A DNA stretch of 64,000 nucleotides from Ginglymostoma cirratum (GCA_024137785.1 JAHRHZ010000021.1:41504442-41568441); one strand, 5' to 3'; shown: positions 25,770 to 37,560, counted from the first letter of the stretch. Numbers and translations are program-made. The notes: generated by a model not told the origin, from the sequence alone.

Positions 25770-26953
25770 TCTGCAGTAAATAACTTCATTTTAAAAAAGC
25801 TTTCAATTATGAAAGGACTCCCTTTAATATTAAAACTATGCATTCAGTTTCAACGTAATGAGTGCAAGAGTGTTACTTGAAATTAAAATTTGATTTTTTT
25901 ATTAAAAAAAGAAATTTTTGACAAGTTTGTATTTGTAAAGAGCACGATTATCGTCTGCTTAGCGTGAGGTTCAATGGCCGATAGTAACCCCACCAATAAG
26001 CGGACTTTGAAACCCGCCCATGAAATCAGTCCACGAAGCAGCCTCCAATAACAGAGCGCTGTTCCTCAGGTCAGTCATGATTCATCGTGGAACCACTGCC
26101 TTCAAATTCTGAGGAATTACAAATCACCATCCAACCCAAGACCAGGATGTTAACTCGACATTTATACTGGGTATTGTGAATCACAGATTTTTAAAAACTT
26201 AACAGTTAGTCCCAGCGAATAATAAAGCGACTTGGTCAAGCATCGAGAGTTAAACGTGCGGGAAGTCAGCGAGGAGACGTAAGGTGTCGATTAAATAGGG
26301 GCAGGCAGAGAGATTGAAAAAAAAACAAGCTTTGACTTCTCCTTGCAATTTCTCTCCACTGGATTAATAAATAAAAAGGGAAGCAGTCAAATATGGGGGT
26401 GTTTAAAAGAAAATAAACGCTTAATTAGACATCAACTTTCTCTTTAATGGATGCAAAAAAAAACCCTCAGGCGTCGGAACTGATGGGGAAAATAGAAATT
26501 TCATCTGCTGCAGTCTGAACGAGAAACAAGCCAGACTCTTAAGACATTACCGATTAAAAGGTTATTGCAAGTTAGCAAGACTGGAAGCTACTGGATTTGA
26601 AATCTAAAGTTCATGGCAATAACTGTGAAGAGACACTGTTCAGCACGTTTTTCCAGACGGGGAAAAGGCAAACAATATAAAAGATATAACTCTAAATGTC
26701 TGTTTGCTTATTTCCTTGATAGGAAAGTGTGCAGAACTGAACTGCGCTTGAGTCTAAGATACTTTTTGTGAGTAAAATATATTTTGAAATAAAAGAATTA
26801 TGAATAAAGTATATTTTTGAAACACAATCTTTCCAATATTGCCCGCTTTCCAAATATAACATTCTAAAGTTCTTCCCAGTTCCGTATTCAGGGTCGTGTT
26901 AACGATTTATTGATCCAGGTATCCCCTGTTTAGTCCGGGTCTGTGGGACTCAC

Positions 26954-27140
26954 CCAGCGGTACTCCACAAACCACAGCGGCGGCGGTGAGCGCCCCGGCC
27001 GATGCTCCATAGATCCTGCTGGCGTCCCGGGTCAGGTAAGGAGCGTGTTCTTGAATACTGCTCGCCGCCCCGATATGGTAAACACCCAGAAACCCGCAGC
27101 CAGCGAAAGAGATGTTCCAGCCGCCTTCCAAATCAAACAT
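26954..27140 (-). CDS. PNPLA3: PNPLA3/PNPLA2-like coding exon 1 ([24 protein letters not shown]...[10 protein letters not shown])
   Basis: ATG at 27140, oxyanion GCGFLG and nucleophile GASAG motifs, donor G|GTGAGT, 187 nt. Confidence 0.96.
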
Positions 27141-27229
27141 CTCGAGCTGCAGGAACCCACTCCAGTGACAGAGGAAAGCTGTAAGAGGGAATCTCAATTG
27201 GATACTACAACCATAAGAGTTTACATTAA

Positions 27230-27385
27230 CAGGAGCTGAGCCAATCGTTTTGTTCCTTTTCTTCTGATCTGTTTCACACTGCAGGCACTGAGGAGACGCA
27301 GGAAGCCCACTTGAAGGCACTATGCCCGTGTGATGGTAACGCCAACACTGGCCAATCAACTGAATAGACTTTAGGGTGGGGACAT
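27230..27385 (-). promoter_or_regulatory. Candidate PNPLA3 proximal promoter with two NF-Y-type CCAAT boxes and a GT/GC box
   Basis: GAGCCAATCG (27238-27247), GGCCAATCAA (27350-27359), AGGGTGGGG (~27373-27381); CpG-enriched exon 1 adjacent. Confidence 0.45.
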
Positions 27386-27777
27386 AGGATTATTGGAGAA
27401 CTTTTCATTAGTCTCCAAATTCATTTTAATAGGACCTATCTCATTACCCGACTGCGCCTTTCACGTCGATATTTTCACTGGTGAAATTTACAGACTGAAA
27501 GGTTCGAACGCAATATTTACCCAAATATCAACAGGTGAGGAAGAAAAATGCTCAAGGATGTGGAAAAGTAAGTTGAGGGGAGTTTGCTGCCTACCGCAGT
27601 TGGTGGAATAGAAACACATTGGGGGCAATCTTGATCTTTGATAGTGAATGTGTCAATTCTCCAGGTTTTCACAGCTAATTAAGTCATTGAAAATCCTGTA
27701 ATTTACGGTTGAATTGTTATCGCCCATTTTGCATCATCAGCCAAATTATGAAGTTATTTGGACTCCCATTTCCAACT

Positions 27778-28009
27778 AAATAAAAACCGAAAGAACTGCG
27801 GATGCTGTAAATCAGGAACAAAAACAAAGTTGCTGGAAAAGCCCAGCAGATCTGGCAGCATCTGTGAAGGAGAGTTAACGTTTTGGATCCGATGACCCAT
27901 CCTCAGAACTGTTCTGAGGAAGGGTCACCGGACTCAAAACGTTAACTCTGATTCTTTCCTTCACAGATGCTGCCAGACCTGCTGAGCTTTTCCAGCAGCT
28001 CTGTTTTTG
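27778..28009. mobile_element. Fold-back Penelope-derived mini-element (family A) with hammerhead-like core on each arm
   Basis: Arms ~27822-27909 and 27911-28008 are inverted copies; TSD ctcccatttccaact / ctcccaatccaact. Confidence 0.8.
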
Positions 28010-28021
28010 CTCCCAATCCAA

Positions 28022-28560
28022 CTGTCTGTTTTGTAGCACTGTGGAGCCCATGGACCATGTATATATTGGGTGTGGGAGCTTGCACTCCTTTTTTTGAGTT
28101 ATCTTAAAGACCTCCTTTTGTGTTTGTTGGTTGCACTTCAGCCTCAGGCTTCTGATCTTTGGGCACCCGTTACGGAGGGGAGCAGGCAGGTCAGAGGATC
28201 TCCTGGTGGGTCTGCTCCTGGGCCTGGCCAGACTGGTAAGTAATGGATCCAGGCAGTGGGCTGTGGAGGGGGTCATTATGGCCGACTGCCTGCCCCTCTT
28301 CCGTGGCTATGTCTGTGCCCAGGTGTCCCTGGAGAAGGAGCATGCTGTGGGCATGGGCGTTCTCGGTGCCTGTTGGGAGAGGTGGCACCTGGGGTGTGGA
28401 ATACTTTACTTCCTCCACAAACTCTGTTTTGATTTGATCCTTTCCTTCCCCTCACTTTATCTTTCACAAAGGCATCACCCCTATAGGGGCTCTGCTTGAC
28501 ACTGATGTTTTGGTCACACAGGTGACTTTCCTGGTGGTGGTATGTTAATAAAGTTAATGG
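28022..28560 (+). mobile_element. Tx1-clade (L1 superfamily) LINE ORF2 C-terminal remnant and 3' UTR
   Basis: C..EPMDHVYIGC zinc-knuckle-like segment, then HFSLRLLIFGHP..EDLLVGLLLGLA..FRGYV..VSLEKEHAV..WERW. Confidence 0.65.
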
Positions 28561-28964
28561 CATACCTGGTGTTTTTTTACTGTGTCCTCCACCTGCACAT
28601 GCACAACAAGAGTGCTGGGGAAAATAAGCACTGCTGCTGGGTGGCAGTAGTGTAGGGTTTTTTTTTTTAAGAAAGGAAATATATATATAACCAGCAAATT
28701 TAGAATCTCCTCAGTTCAGGGGATCGACTCCAAGCTGTAGTGTACAGTGCACAAGTAAATAAAAGGGTGACGTGGTGATGGGATATCAGCCTCTGTGCAG
28801 TTATAAGAAAAAAAATTACAAAGTTACTTTCATTGGGGAGAGAAGGAAGAGGAGATAAAAACAGAATTGAAGCAGCATTAACGAAGGAAGTGATATATAA
28901 TCACAGCAGTGTTACAATGCAGGAGACCATTCACCCCATTGTGTCTGTGCTGACACTCCAAATG

Positions 28965-29365
28965 AGGTCAGAAGTCACATGACACCAGGTTATAGTCCAA
29001 CAGGTTTATTTGAAATCACAAGCTTTCAAAGTGCTGCTCCTTCATCAGGTGAAGTGAAGAGAGGCAAACAGACATACAATTTACAGGCAGAGAGATCAAA
29101 AGATCATACAAATGGTGCGAGTGGAGTGTGGACAGGCTGAAAAACAAGTCTCTGCAGGTGATCAAATATGTCAGACGGTGTGAGTAAAGTGTCGACAGCT
29201 GAACAGCAAGTGGAGGAATGACCTATGATCCAAATAATTGAGGCAGAGAGATAATTACAAAAAATTAAAAATAAAGTGGTGCTGGAAACAACCAAACGAG
29301 TAGAATAACATAATAGGTATGAGAGTCACATGTCAAGGGATAATGTTTATAAACATGACTTTCAG
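28965..29365 (-). mobile_element. Penelope-like element 3' UTR/terminus (hammerhead + AATAAA)
   Basis: Terminus CTGATGAAGGAG...GAAAGCTTGTGATTTCAAATAAACCTGTTGGACTATAACCTGGTGT. Confidence 0.7.
29016..29052 (-). ncRNA. Minimal type I hammerhead ribozyme motif in a Penelope-like element 3' end
   Basis: UCAC-CUGAUGA-A-GGAG(CAGCA)CUUU-GAAAG-CUU/GUGA: complete core, stem I UCAC:GUGA, palindromic stem III AAGCUU. Confidence 0.7.
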
Positions 29366-29429
29366 AGATATTGAGTGCTGGCATTTTGTGACCAAGGAGT
29401 CTTTGGAAAAACAGGTTTTTTTTGTACTC

Positions 29430-31040
29430 ATCATTTGAAAAGAGCCCACATTACCGAAGAGGAGATGCTCGAGGTCTTAAAATGCATAAAAGTAAATAAA
29501 TCCCTAGGACCTGATCAAGTGTATCCCAGAATATTGCGGCAAGCTAGGGAAGAAATTGCACAGCCCCTGGCAGTGATGTTTGTATCATCCACAACCTCAG
29601 GTGAAGTGGTGAAAGACTGGAAAATGACTAATGGGCCTTTATTTAAGAAAAGCTGCATGAAAAACCAAGGAACTATAGATCAGTGAGCCAGATATCAATG
29701 ATGGGTAAGTTGTTGGAGGTGATTCTGAGATACAGGATCTACGTGCATTCGGAGAGGCAAGGACTGATTAGAAATAGTTAGAATGGCTTTGTGCATGGGA
29801 AATCATGTCTCATAAACTTAAATGAGTTTTTTGAAGATGTGACCAAGAGGAAAGATGCAGGCAGAGCGGTAACGGTTGTCTATATGGACTTTAACAAGGC
29901 ATTTGACAAGGTTTCGCATTGGTTAGTAAGGTTAGATCACATGGGATCCAGGGAGAGCTAGTTAATTGGATACAAAATTGGCTTGAGGGTAGGTGACAGA
30001 GGGTTGTTGTTTGGACTGGAGGCCTGTAACCAGTGGTGTTCCACAAGGATTGGTGCTGGGTCCACTGTCATTCATCATTTATATAAATGATTTGATAAGA
30101 ATATAGGAGGCATAAGTTTGCAGATGATATCAGAATTGGTGATATAGTGGACAGTGAAGAAGGTTTTCTCAGAGCACTACAAAGGATCTTAATTAGCAGG
30201 GCCAATGGGCTAAGGAGTGGCAGATGGTGTTTAATTTAGATAAACGGAACGTATTGCATTTTACTAAGACAAATCAGGGCAGGACTAACACAGTTAATGG
30301 TAGGGCCCTGGGGAGTGTTGTGGAACAGAGAGACCGAAGGGTTCAGTTACGCAGTTCCTTGAAAGTGCCATCGCAGTTAGACAAGGTTCGTGAAGAAGCC
30401 TTTTAGCACGGTTGCCTTAATTTCTCAGAGCATTCAGTATTGGAGTTGGGACATCATGTTGCGGCTTTCCAGGACATTGGTGAGGTTGCATACAGTTCTG
30501 GTTGTACTGATGTAGGAAGAATGGTATTAAACTGGAAAGGGTGCAGAAAGGATTTCCAAAGATGTTATCAGGACTGGAGGCTTTGAATTACAAGGAGAGG
30601 CTGAATAGGCTGGGACTGTTTTCCCTGGAGTGTAGAAGATTGAGGGTTGACCTTTATTGAGATTTATAAAATCATGACAGGCATAGATAAGTTGAATAGC
30701 TAAGCTCTTTTCTCTAGAGTAGGACAGTCCAAAACTAGAGGGCTTAGGTTTAAAGTGAGAAGGGAAAGGCTTAAAAGGGACCTGAAGGGCAACTTTTTCA
30801 CACAGAAGGTGTGTATGGAATGTGCTGCTAGAGGAAGTGGTAGAGGTGGTACAATTATAACTTTTAAAAGACAGTTGGACTGGTACATGAATAGGAAGGG
30901 TTGAGAGAATATGGGCCAAACATACAAGTTTGTATTACTTGTCCCATGCAAATGGGACAAGTTCATTTTTGAAAACTTGGTCAGCATGGACAAGTTGAAC
31001 CAAAGTGTTTCTGTGCTGTATGGTTCTATGATTCTATTGT
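29430..31040 (+). mobile_element. CR1-clade (HER1-like) LINE ORF2 reverse transcriptase remnant with 3' tail
   Basis: [39 protein letters not shown] motifs with stops/frameshifts; ttctatgattctat tail. Confidence 0.9.
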
Positions 31041-31139
31041 TTCAGGTTAATAAAAATATTTTTACGGTTAAAAAGAAATAATTGAATAAAATAATTAAGT
31101 TATTAAAACACATTAAGAATGTGGCATGAAATTAATGTA

Positions 31140-31790
31140 ACACGTTTGCAGCATGTGCTTACTCCTGGATACCTGTGTGATCAGGCCAAACACCTCATAT
31201 GTCCTAAGTGTTAGGCTTTGGTTCTTAGTTTCTGACCTGGAGGCCAAACTGCAGACATTGCAACACATTAGCATGGGGAACTTTACATGGATTTTTTGTA
31301 CCAGGAGGAAGTTGTTTCCCTTAGGATTGAGGCTTCTGATTTAGTTGGCAATCGAGGGAAAAGTCAGTATGATTGCATGAGGCAGTCAAGGGGAACCAGA
31401 GGGCAGAAATGTGGGAACCTCAGCCTTTATAATTGTCCACCAGGTTTGCAGTTATTTCAGTTTGCCTGGAGGCTGCGGGGTGGTTGAGTTAACTGACCGT
31501 AGCGCCAGTGCACAGGACACCATTCAAGTGGGAAGCAAAAAGAAAGCAAATGGTAATTGGACACTATCTAGTGAGGAGGAATGACACTGTTCTCTGTAGC
31601 TGAGAGTAGGAGTCCAGAAGTCTGTGTAATCTGCCTGTTGCCAGGGTTTGAGACATCACCTCAGGACTGGGGAAGAACCTGCTTTTGGTGGCTGAGGTTG
31701 CGGGGAGGTGGGTTCTCGGGGGGAGGGAATTCAGTCCTCATGGATGATGTATATACCAATTTGCGGATGTGAGGATGCTATCAGTACACA
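31140..31790 (+). mobile_element. CR1 ORF1-like remnant
   Basis: Cys-rich segment followed by VSDLEAKLQTLQHI leucine-zipper-like stretch. Confidence 0.45.
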
Positions 31791-32744
31791 ATAAACATGC
31801 AGAAGTGGCAACTTGCAGGTAGGATGTGGAAGTAGTCATTTGCAAGATTGTAGTTCTCAAGTGTAATGAGAAAGCAGTTAGAAGAGAAGTGCAGTGCTTT
31901 CCACTTGCTCCCAGGTTAAAAATAGAACACTAATTGTGAGGTCAGAATCAGCAAGGGAGTGTGTGATTAATAGGAGAGTTACACAATGTCCCATTATGAT
32001 TGGTGGAAGGACAAAATGTTAAGTGTTTTTAGCGCCCTTGAAAGTGGACATCAGTGTAGTGAATTTGAAATGCAAAGAAATAGAGATAGGAAGAAAATAT
32101 TTTCATCACCTTTGCTGTCCAGGTTAAGTTTCTGAAATACTGTGGTGCTGATCCAATGTGGAGATTATGCTGTGTGTGACTTGGCCTGCTGTAGTGTCTT
32201 GTTCAGCACTTTTCTATTATCAAAAGTAACATACCAATACTGTATGTCTTCATCATTCACGGTGTGGAATACAGGTGAGGGTTAATCTCAAAATGAATTC
32301 TATGAGGGAGCAAAACTTGAAGATTACTTAGTTTGAAAGGAGTGGAGGAATGCACAATGGTCCTCAGAACGTTGTGGCAAAGAAATCAACAAGCAGATTA
32401 GCTTGGAGGTGTTGGTAAGGTAACGAGAACAGGAGACTGAGACATCCACGATCAAGAAATGTAAGTGAAAGTTTTACTTTTTTGATTAGATGATGCTAAA
32501 AAATAGTTTTTAGAACATTCTGCCATCCTTATGATTGGTCCCTTCAGAAGTAAATAACGAGAATGCTGTCATATTTTATGAAACTGCTTTGGGAAAATAA
32601 TAATAAACCTGTGCACTTAAAGTACATTGACGTAAACTATATTGTGAGGATGATAGTGCTCATTTTAAGTCTTTTAAATACAATAATTTTTTTTGTTTTT
32701 AAAATGTGGAATCTTGTGGTTTATTTTTATTGGTTAAAATTACA

Positions 32745-33350
32745 ATCACAGAATCATATACAATCACAGAAGAGGCCCTTCAGCCCATCATGTCTGTACC
32801 ACCGAAGCGACACTAAATTGACACGAGTCCCACCTTCCCACACTGAAACCATAGCCTTGAATGTTATGATATTTCAATTGTTCATCCAAGTACTTTTTAA
32901 AGTTTGTAAGGTTTCCTGCCTCAAACACCCTCACAGGCAGTACATTCCAGAATCCCACCACCCTCTGGGAGAAAATGTTTTTCCTCAACTTCCCTCTAAA
33001 CCTCCTGCCTATCATCTTAAAATTATGCCCCCTTGTCATTGACCCCTTGACTAAGGGGAACAGCTGATTCCTATTTACCCTATCCACACACTTCACAATC
33101 TTGTACACTTCAATCGGGTCCTCCTTCAACCCTCTCTGGTCCAAAGAAAACAACACAAGCTTATCCAGCCTCTCTTCATAACTGGAATGCTCCTTCCCAA
33201 GCAGTATCCAGTGCAATCACATCTTTCCTATAATGAGTTGACCAGAACTGCACTCAGTATTCCAGCTGTACCCTAACCAAAGTCCTATACATCTTCAACC
33301 TAAGGTCCCTGCACTTATAATCTATGCTTCAACTGATAAAGGCAAGAATT
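32745..33350 (-). mobile_element. CR1 3' remnant
   Basis: SYEERLDKLVLFSL..TRGHNFK..FSQRVVGFWNVLP. Confidence 0.85.
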
Positions 33351-33357
33351 GAAATTT

Positions 33358-33850
33358 AGAGATAGTAAGAACTGCCGATGCTGGAGTCAGAGATAACACA
33401 GTCTCGAGCTGGAGGAACACAGCAAGCCAGGCAACATCAGGGGAACAGGAAAGCTGACATTTTGGGTTGGGACCCTTCTTCAGAAATGTGGGAGGGGAAA
33501 GGTGCTCTGAAATAAATAGAGAGAGGAGGGGTGGGGCTGGGGAAGGTAGGTGGGATGGTGAAAGGTGAGTGCAGGTAGGCAGTGGTGGGGATTGGTCAAT
33601 GAGGTGGTAGGAGCAGATAGGTGGGAGAGAAGACGGACAGATCAAGGAAGTGGGGATGAGTACCTGGTTTGCTTCAACATGTGGCCAAGCAGCTCAAGGG
33701 CCGCAGAGATTACCAGAGGGTTGCAGTGGGAGATAGATCCACGGAGGTCTATCTGCAGTTCTTACGACCTCTGAGTGAGGTATAAACTCACTGCAAAGCC
33801 TCTTCCAAAGATGACCACCTTGAAGAAGTTGTCCTCCTCCCTCCAGAAAT
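33358..33850 (-). mobile_element. Penelope-derived element (family B) with inverted 5' segment
   Basis: gagctggaggaacacagc...gacccttcttcagaaa terminus; 33751-33850 inverted relative to the 25660-25760 copy. Confidence 0.7.
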
Positions 33851-34529
33851 TTGTGTTATAAGGTATCCAAAACCTTACTTTGTACCAAGTTACTGCCCTG
33901 TTTCATAAACTTTTTATGCCTTATCATTGTGTCAAAGCATTATCTCTAGTTTCTCTTTCTTGTAGGTATAATTTCCGTAGGGTTACACGACAGCCTAGCA
34001 ATGTTTACAGCATGGAATAGCAAGATATCAATGCTATTTCTTCAAGAGTGCAGCTTCAGCATGTTACCAGGTGTTAGGTCATCGTTATCAGTTGGTATGC
34101 TATTTTAAAGCGTTTACAATGCTTGAATATTTAGCAGTGGCAGGCAATTTCAGTGAGATTGTAATGATCATATGTCCTTAATTAACCTTTGTAATCAAGT
34201 ATAAATTAATTCAGTTTGTGTGGAGATGTTATATTTATTTGTTAATTTAGTTCCAAGTCGGTTAGATCTGTTTCAATTGAAGTTTACATTCCTTTTTTTG
34301 CTGGTTCTAATGAATCTGAGTTCTATATTCTTCAATGTTTTATCATCAATGATATTTCTGATTAGGTTTGATTCCAGGTTTTGTTGATGGGAATGGTTCA
34401 TTAAAGACCTCCCTCATCCTACCTGAGACTTTCTCAAGTTCAATAACTTGAAAAAAGCAAAACCAACCAAAATTTGAGTATTCTACCTATAAATGGAAAA
34501 TCTCTTCTAGTATCTCTATCGTTTGTCGA

Positions 34530-34900
34530 CATGGAGTCATAGAGTTGTACAGTACAGAAACAGACCCTTCAGTTCAACTCATCCGTGCTGACCAGATAAC
34601 CTAATTAATCTAGTCCCATTTGCGACCATTTGGTCCTAAACCCTTCCTATTCATGTATCCATTTAGATGCCTTGTAAATGTTGTAATTGTGCTAATCTCC
34701 ACCACTTCCTCTAGCAGCTCGTTCCATACACACACTACCCTCTGTGAAAAAGTTGCCCCTCAGGTCCCTTTTAAATCTTTACCCTCTCACATTAAACCTA
34801 TGCCTTCTAGTTTTGGACTCCCCTACCCTGGGAAAAAGACCTTGACCATTCACCTATCTATGCCCCTCATGATTTTATGAACCCACTGTAGGTTAGAGGA
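34530..34900 (-). mobile_element. CR1/HER1 3' remnant
   Basis: ctctgtgaaaaagttgcccctcaggtcccttttaaatc, homologous to 30700-31030. Confidence 0.8.
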
Positions 34901-35399
34901 TCCCCCGTCATCTCCAGCCTTCTTCTATTATCAACCTTTTTATCTCTTTGCTGTCTCTCCCATAATATTCCTCACCCAAGTTGTACTGAAAAACCATTGT
35001 TCTTTCTTGCATCATCACTACATTCAGACTGCCTCCTATTCTGACGTACATATTCTCTTATTGTGGCTCAGGACCATAGAATTTTTTGGAATCATCAGGT
35101 TTTCCTTTATGTTCCTGAATATCAGTTACTTACAGAATAATACTAACAGGAGTAAGCATTTAAAGAGAATCTGCCAGATGGCAATAAACAACCAGTGGGG
35201 CAGAAGGATCTGAAGGGCTGCAAGAAAAGCTGCTGAATTGAGATTCTGATGGAACACTTCAGCACAGTGCAATGTCAATGATGATGTTTTATTCCACTGA
35301 AGAAGTCAATGATCAGTGGAGGATGCCTCACGGTGCTAAAACTAAAAGGTAAAGGCCACATTAATCTGATCTTGATTTCCTTAGTCAATAAACCTTTTG

Positions 35400-36180
35400 T
35401 GGTAATGTTTCAGCTATCCGGGTGGGACAGACTGATGAAAGATACACCCGATCAGGTCCTGGGGATTTATTCACCTTCTTGCATTTTAAGACTTCTAGCA
35501 ATTCTTCCTTTGTAGTATTGATACTTTTCAAGATGTCACTATTTATTTCTCCAAGTTCTTAGCTTCTATATCCTTCTACACTGTAAATACTGATGCAAAA
35601 TGCTCATTTAGTATCTCACCCATCTCCTTAGGTTCCAGACGTAGATGGCCTTGTTGATCTTTAAGGGGACCTATTCTGTCCGTAGTTGCTCTTTTGTTCT
35701 TAATATAATCGTAGAATCTGTTCGGATTCTCCTTAACCCTATTTGTCATAGCTATCTCATATCCCCTTTCTGCCCTTCTGATTTCCCTCTTGAGTATACC
35801 CCTACTGCCTTTATACTCCTTGAGGAGTTTACTTGTTCCCAGCTGTCTATTTTCCAACCAGCATTGCCCTTCACACAACAGGAACATGACTGCCTCTGGA
35901 CTCTTGTTATCTCATTTCTGAAGGCATCCCATTTTCCAACTATCACTTTACCTATGAATAGCCTCTCCCAATCAACGTTTGAAAGTTTTTGCCTCATGCC
36001 ATCAAAATAAGCCTTAGTCCAATTTAGAACTTTAACTTTTAGATCAGGTCTATCCTTTTCTATAACTATTTTTAAACTAATAAAATTATGATCACTGGCC
36101 CCATGTGTCCCCCACTGACATCTCAATTACTTGCCCTGCTTTATTTCCCAAGAGAAGGTCAAGTTTTGCTCCTTCTCTAT
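35400..36180 (-). mobile_element. CR1 ORF2 endonuclease/linker remnant
   Basis: GASDHNFIS, LKREIRRAERGYE..VKENPNRFYDYIK..IGPLKDQQG..EILNEHFASVFT. Confidence 0.85.
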
Positions 36181-37269
36181 TAATGTAGTTGGACTTTTAA
36201 TTACACTTACGTAACATATCTGACTTTTTGATTTTCACAAATATTGATAAAAGGCATTTGAACAAAGTCCAGGGGCTGATGTGCTTGTTATCTGAGGAAT
36301 GCCTGTAAACACATTCTGTAATACCATTCTAATCAGCTATTATTACGTTTGAAAATATGTTAAACTGTTTTATGACTTTGGGAAGCTGAAATTGACTACA
36401 GCTTACTGAACTCATTGCACTAGCTTTGCTGAGGCCGTGCCAAGAGTCCAGAAATTTCAAAACAGTGCTTTGCAGAGAAGTATTACTTGCCCCATACTTA
36501 AGGAAATGTGTGCTTGGGATGGACTGTCAGCATTTATTGTCAATCCCTAGATTCCCAAAAGGAATAAAGAGTGAACTCTGTTGTGCAACATTAGAATTAC
36601 ATGGTGGTCGGACTAGTTTGTGATGGTATTCTCTCTGAAGGATATCTGTTTAAGGAACCAGTTGTGGTACCAAATTAACACACTAGCAGTACAATAGGTA
36701 GCATTGATAATAGGTCTTAAATAATCAAACCTTTGTGTCCTTGGAGGCAGAACTTGCTTGGGGTCCCTCTCCTGATTGTTATTCAGTATCCATTGTTGGA
36801 TTGTAAGCACAAGTGAATATTGCTGATATTAGAATGTGCTGTGGTTTGGTGCCTTCTGTGCTGAATAACATATCATCAGTGACTCTGAGCTCACACATTA
36901 ATACTCACTTAGCAAAATACTGGATGATTTTGGCAATGATAGAAGGCTATTCTGGTAAGATTCAGTACCTTTAGGTGAGTGTGGGTGAATAAAAATCTCA
37001 AAAAGCAAGAAAATTCTTCAGGATGAAAGTTCCGAATGAAAAGTAATGAATGGAAAAAAAATGCACAGTGTGTTCTTCCTGATCTGAAGGTGCTGGTTTT
37101 TGCTGTTTTGCAGTTTCATAGTCATTACCAAACCTCTCAACTCATACCTGTGAGCTTACACAGTACTTGGGATAAATTCATTATTCTCCAAAACTGAGTG
37201 TGGTGATTGTGATAGATGATAAAGCTATGCCTGTGACTACAACATAGGCAGCACATTAACTTTATAGGA

Positions 37270-37448
37270 CAAAAGCAGAAAGCAGGTCCGACAGTTTTTT
37301 TCTGGAAAGCGGAACAGAGTTAATAATTAGAGTCCAATGTGACTATCCGTCAAAACTAAACATTCCAAAAAATGCATTTTGGACTTGAAACTTTAATTCT
37401 GTTTCTCTCTCCACAGATGCTGCCAGGCCAGCTGAATTTCTTCAGCAC
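37270..37448. mobile_element. Degenerate fold-back family A mini-element
   Basis: acagagttaa...ggacttgaaactttaattctgtttctctctccacagatgctgcc. Confidence 0.55.
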
Positions 37449-37560
37449 TGTAGTGATTGGAACAAGGTGGGTCTTATTGACTATGAGATCCTTGATTGGG
37501 GCTGTTAATCTGGGCCAAGCAAGGACCCCTGGCTGGCAAATATATACAGCGGATTAACAT
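37449..37560 (+). mobile_element. Short LTR-like fragment (5' half); probable 3' half of a related LTR at 28680-28805
   Basis: TGTAGTG start, CCAAT-like and TATA-like motifs. Confidence 0.35.

Larger units (their letters stand above)
5315..27140 (-). other. PNPLA3: Gene span (ATG to stop) of patatin-like phospholipase domain-containing lipase, PNPLA3 ortholog / ATGL(PNPLA2)-like, 9 coding exons, 495 aa
   Basis: Nine GT-AG bounded exons (187+233+66+210+61+249+133+123+226=1488 nt) join in frame. Motifs GCGFLG, GASAG (S47) and DGG (D166). Head-to-head with SULT4A1 as at the human PNPLA3 locus. Confidence 0.9.

Noticed and set aside
27141-27359. 73-codon in-frame N-terminal extension of the PNPLA ORF
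   Set aside because: Starts at TTG with no in-frame ATG; ATG 27140 gives S47/D166 numbering identical to mammalian orthologs.
28131-28499. 122-aa GC-rich ORF as a possible novel gene or PNPLA5 remnant
   Set aside because: Resembles Tx1-type LINE ORF2 C-terminus; no patatin motifs.
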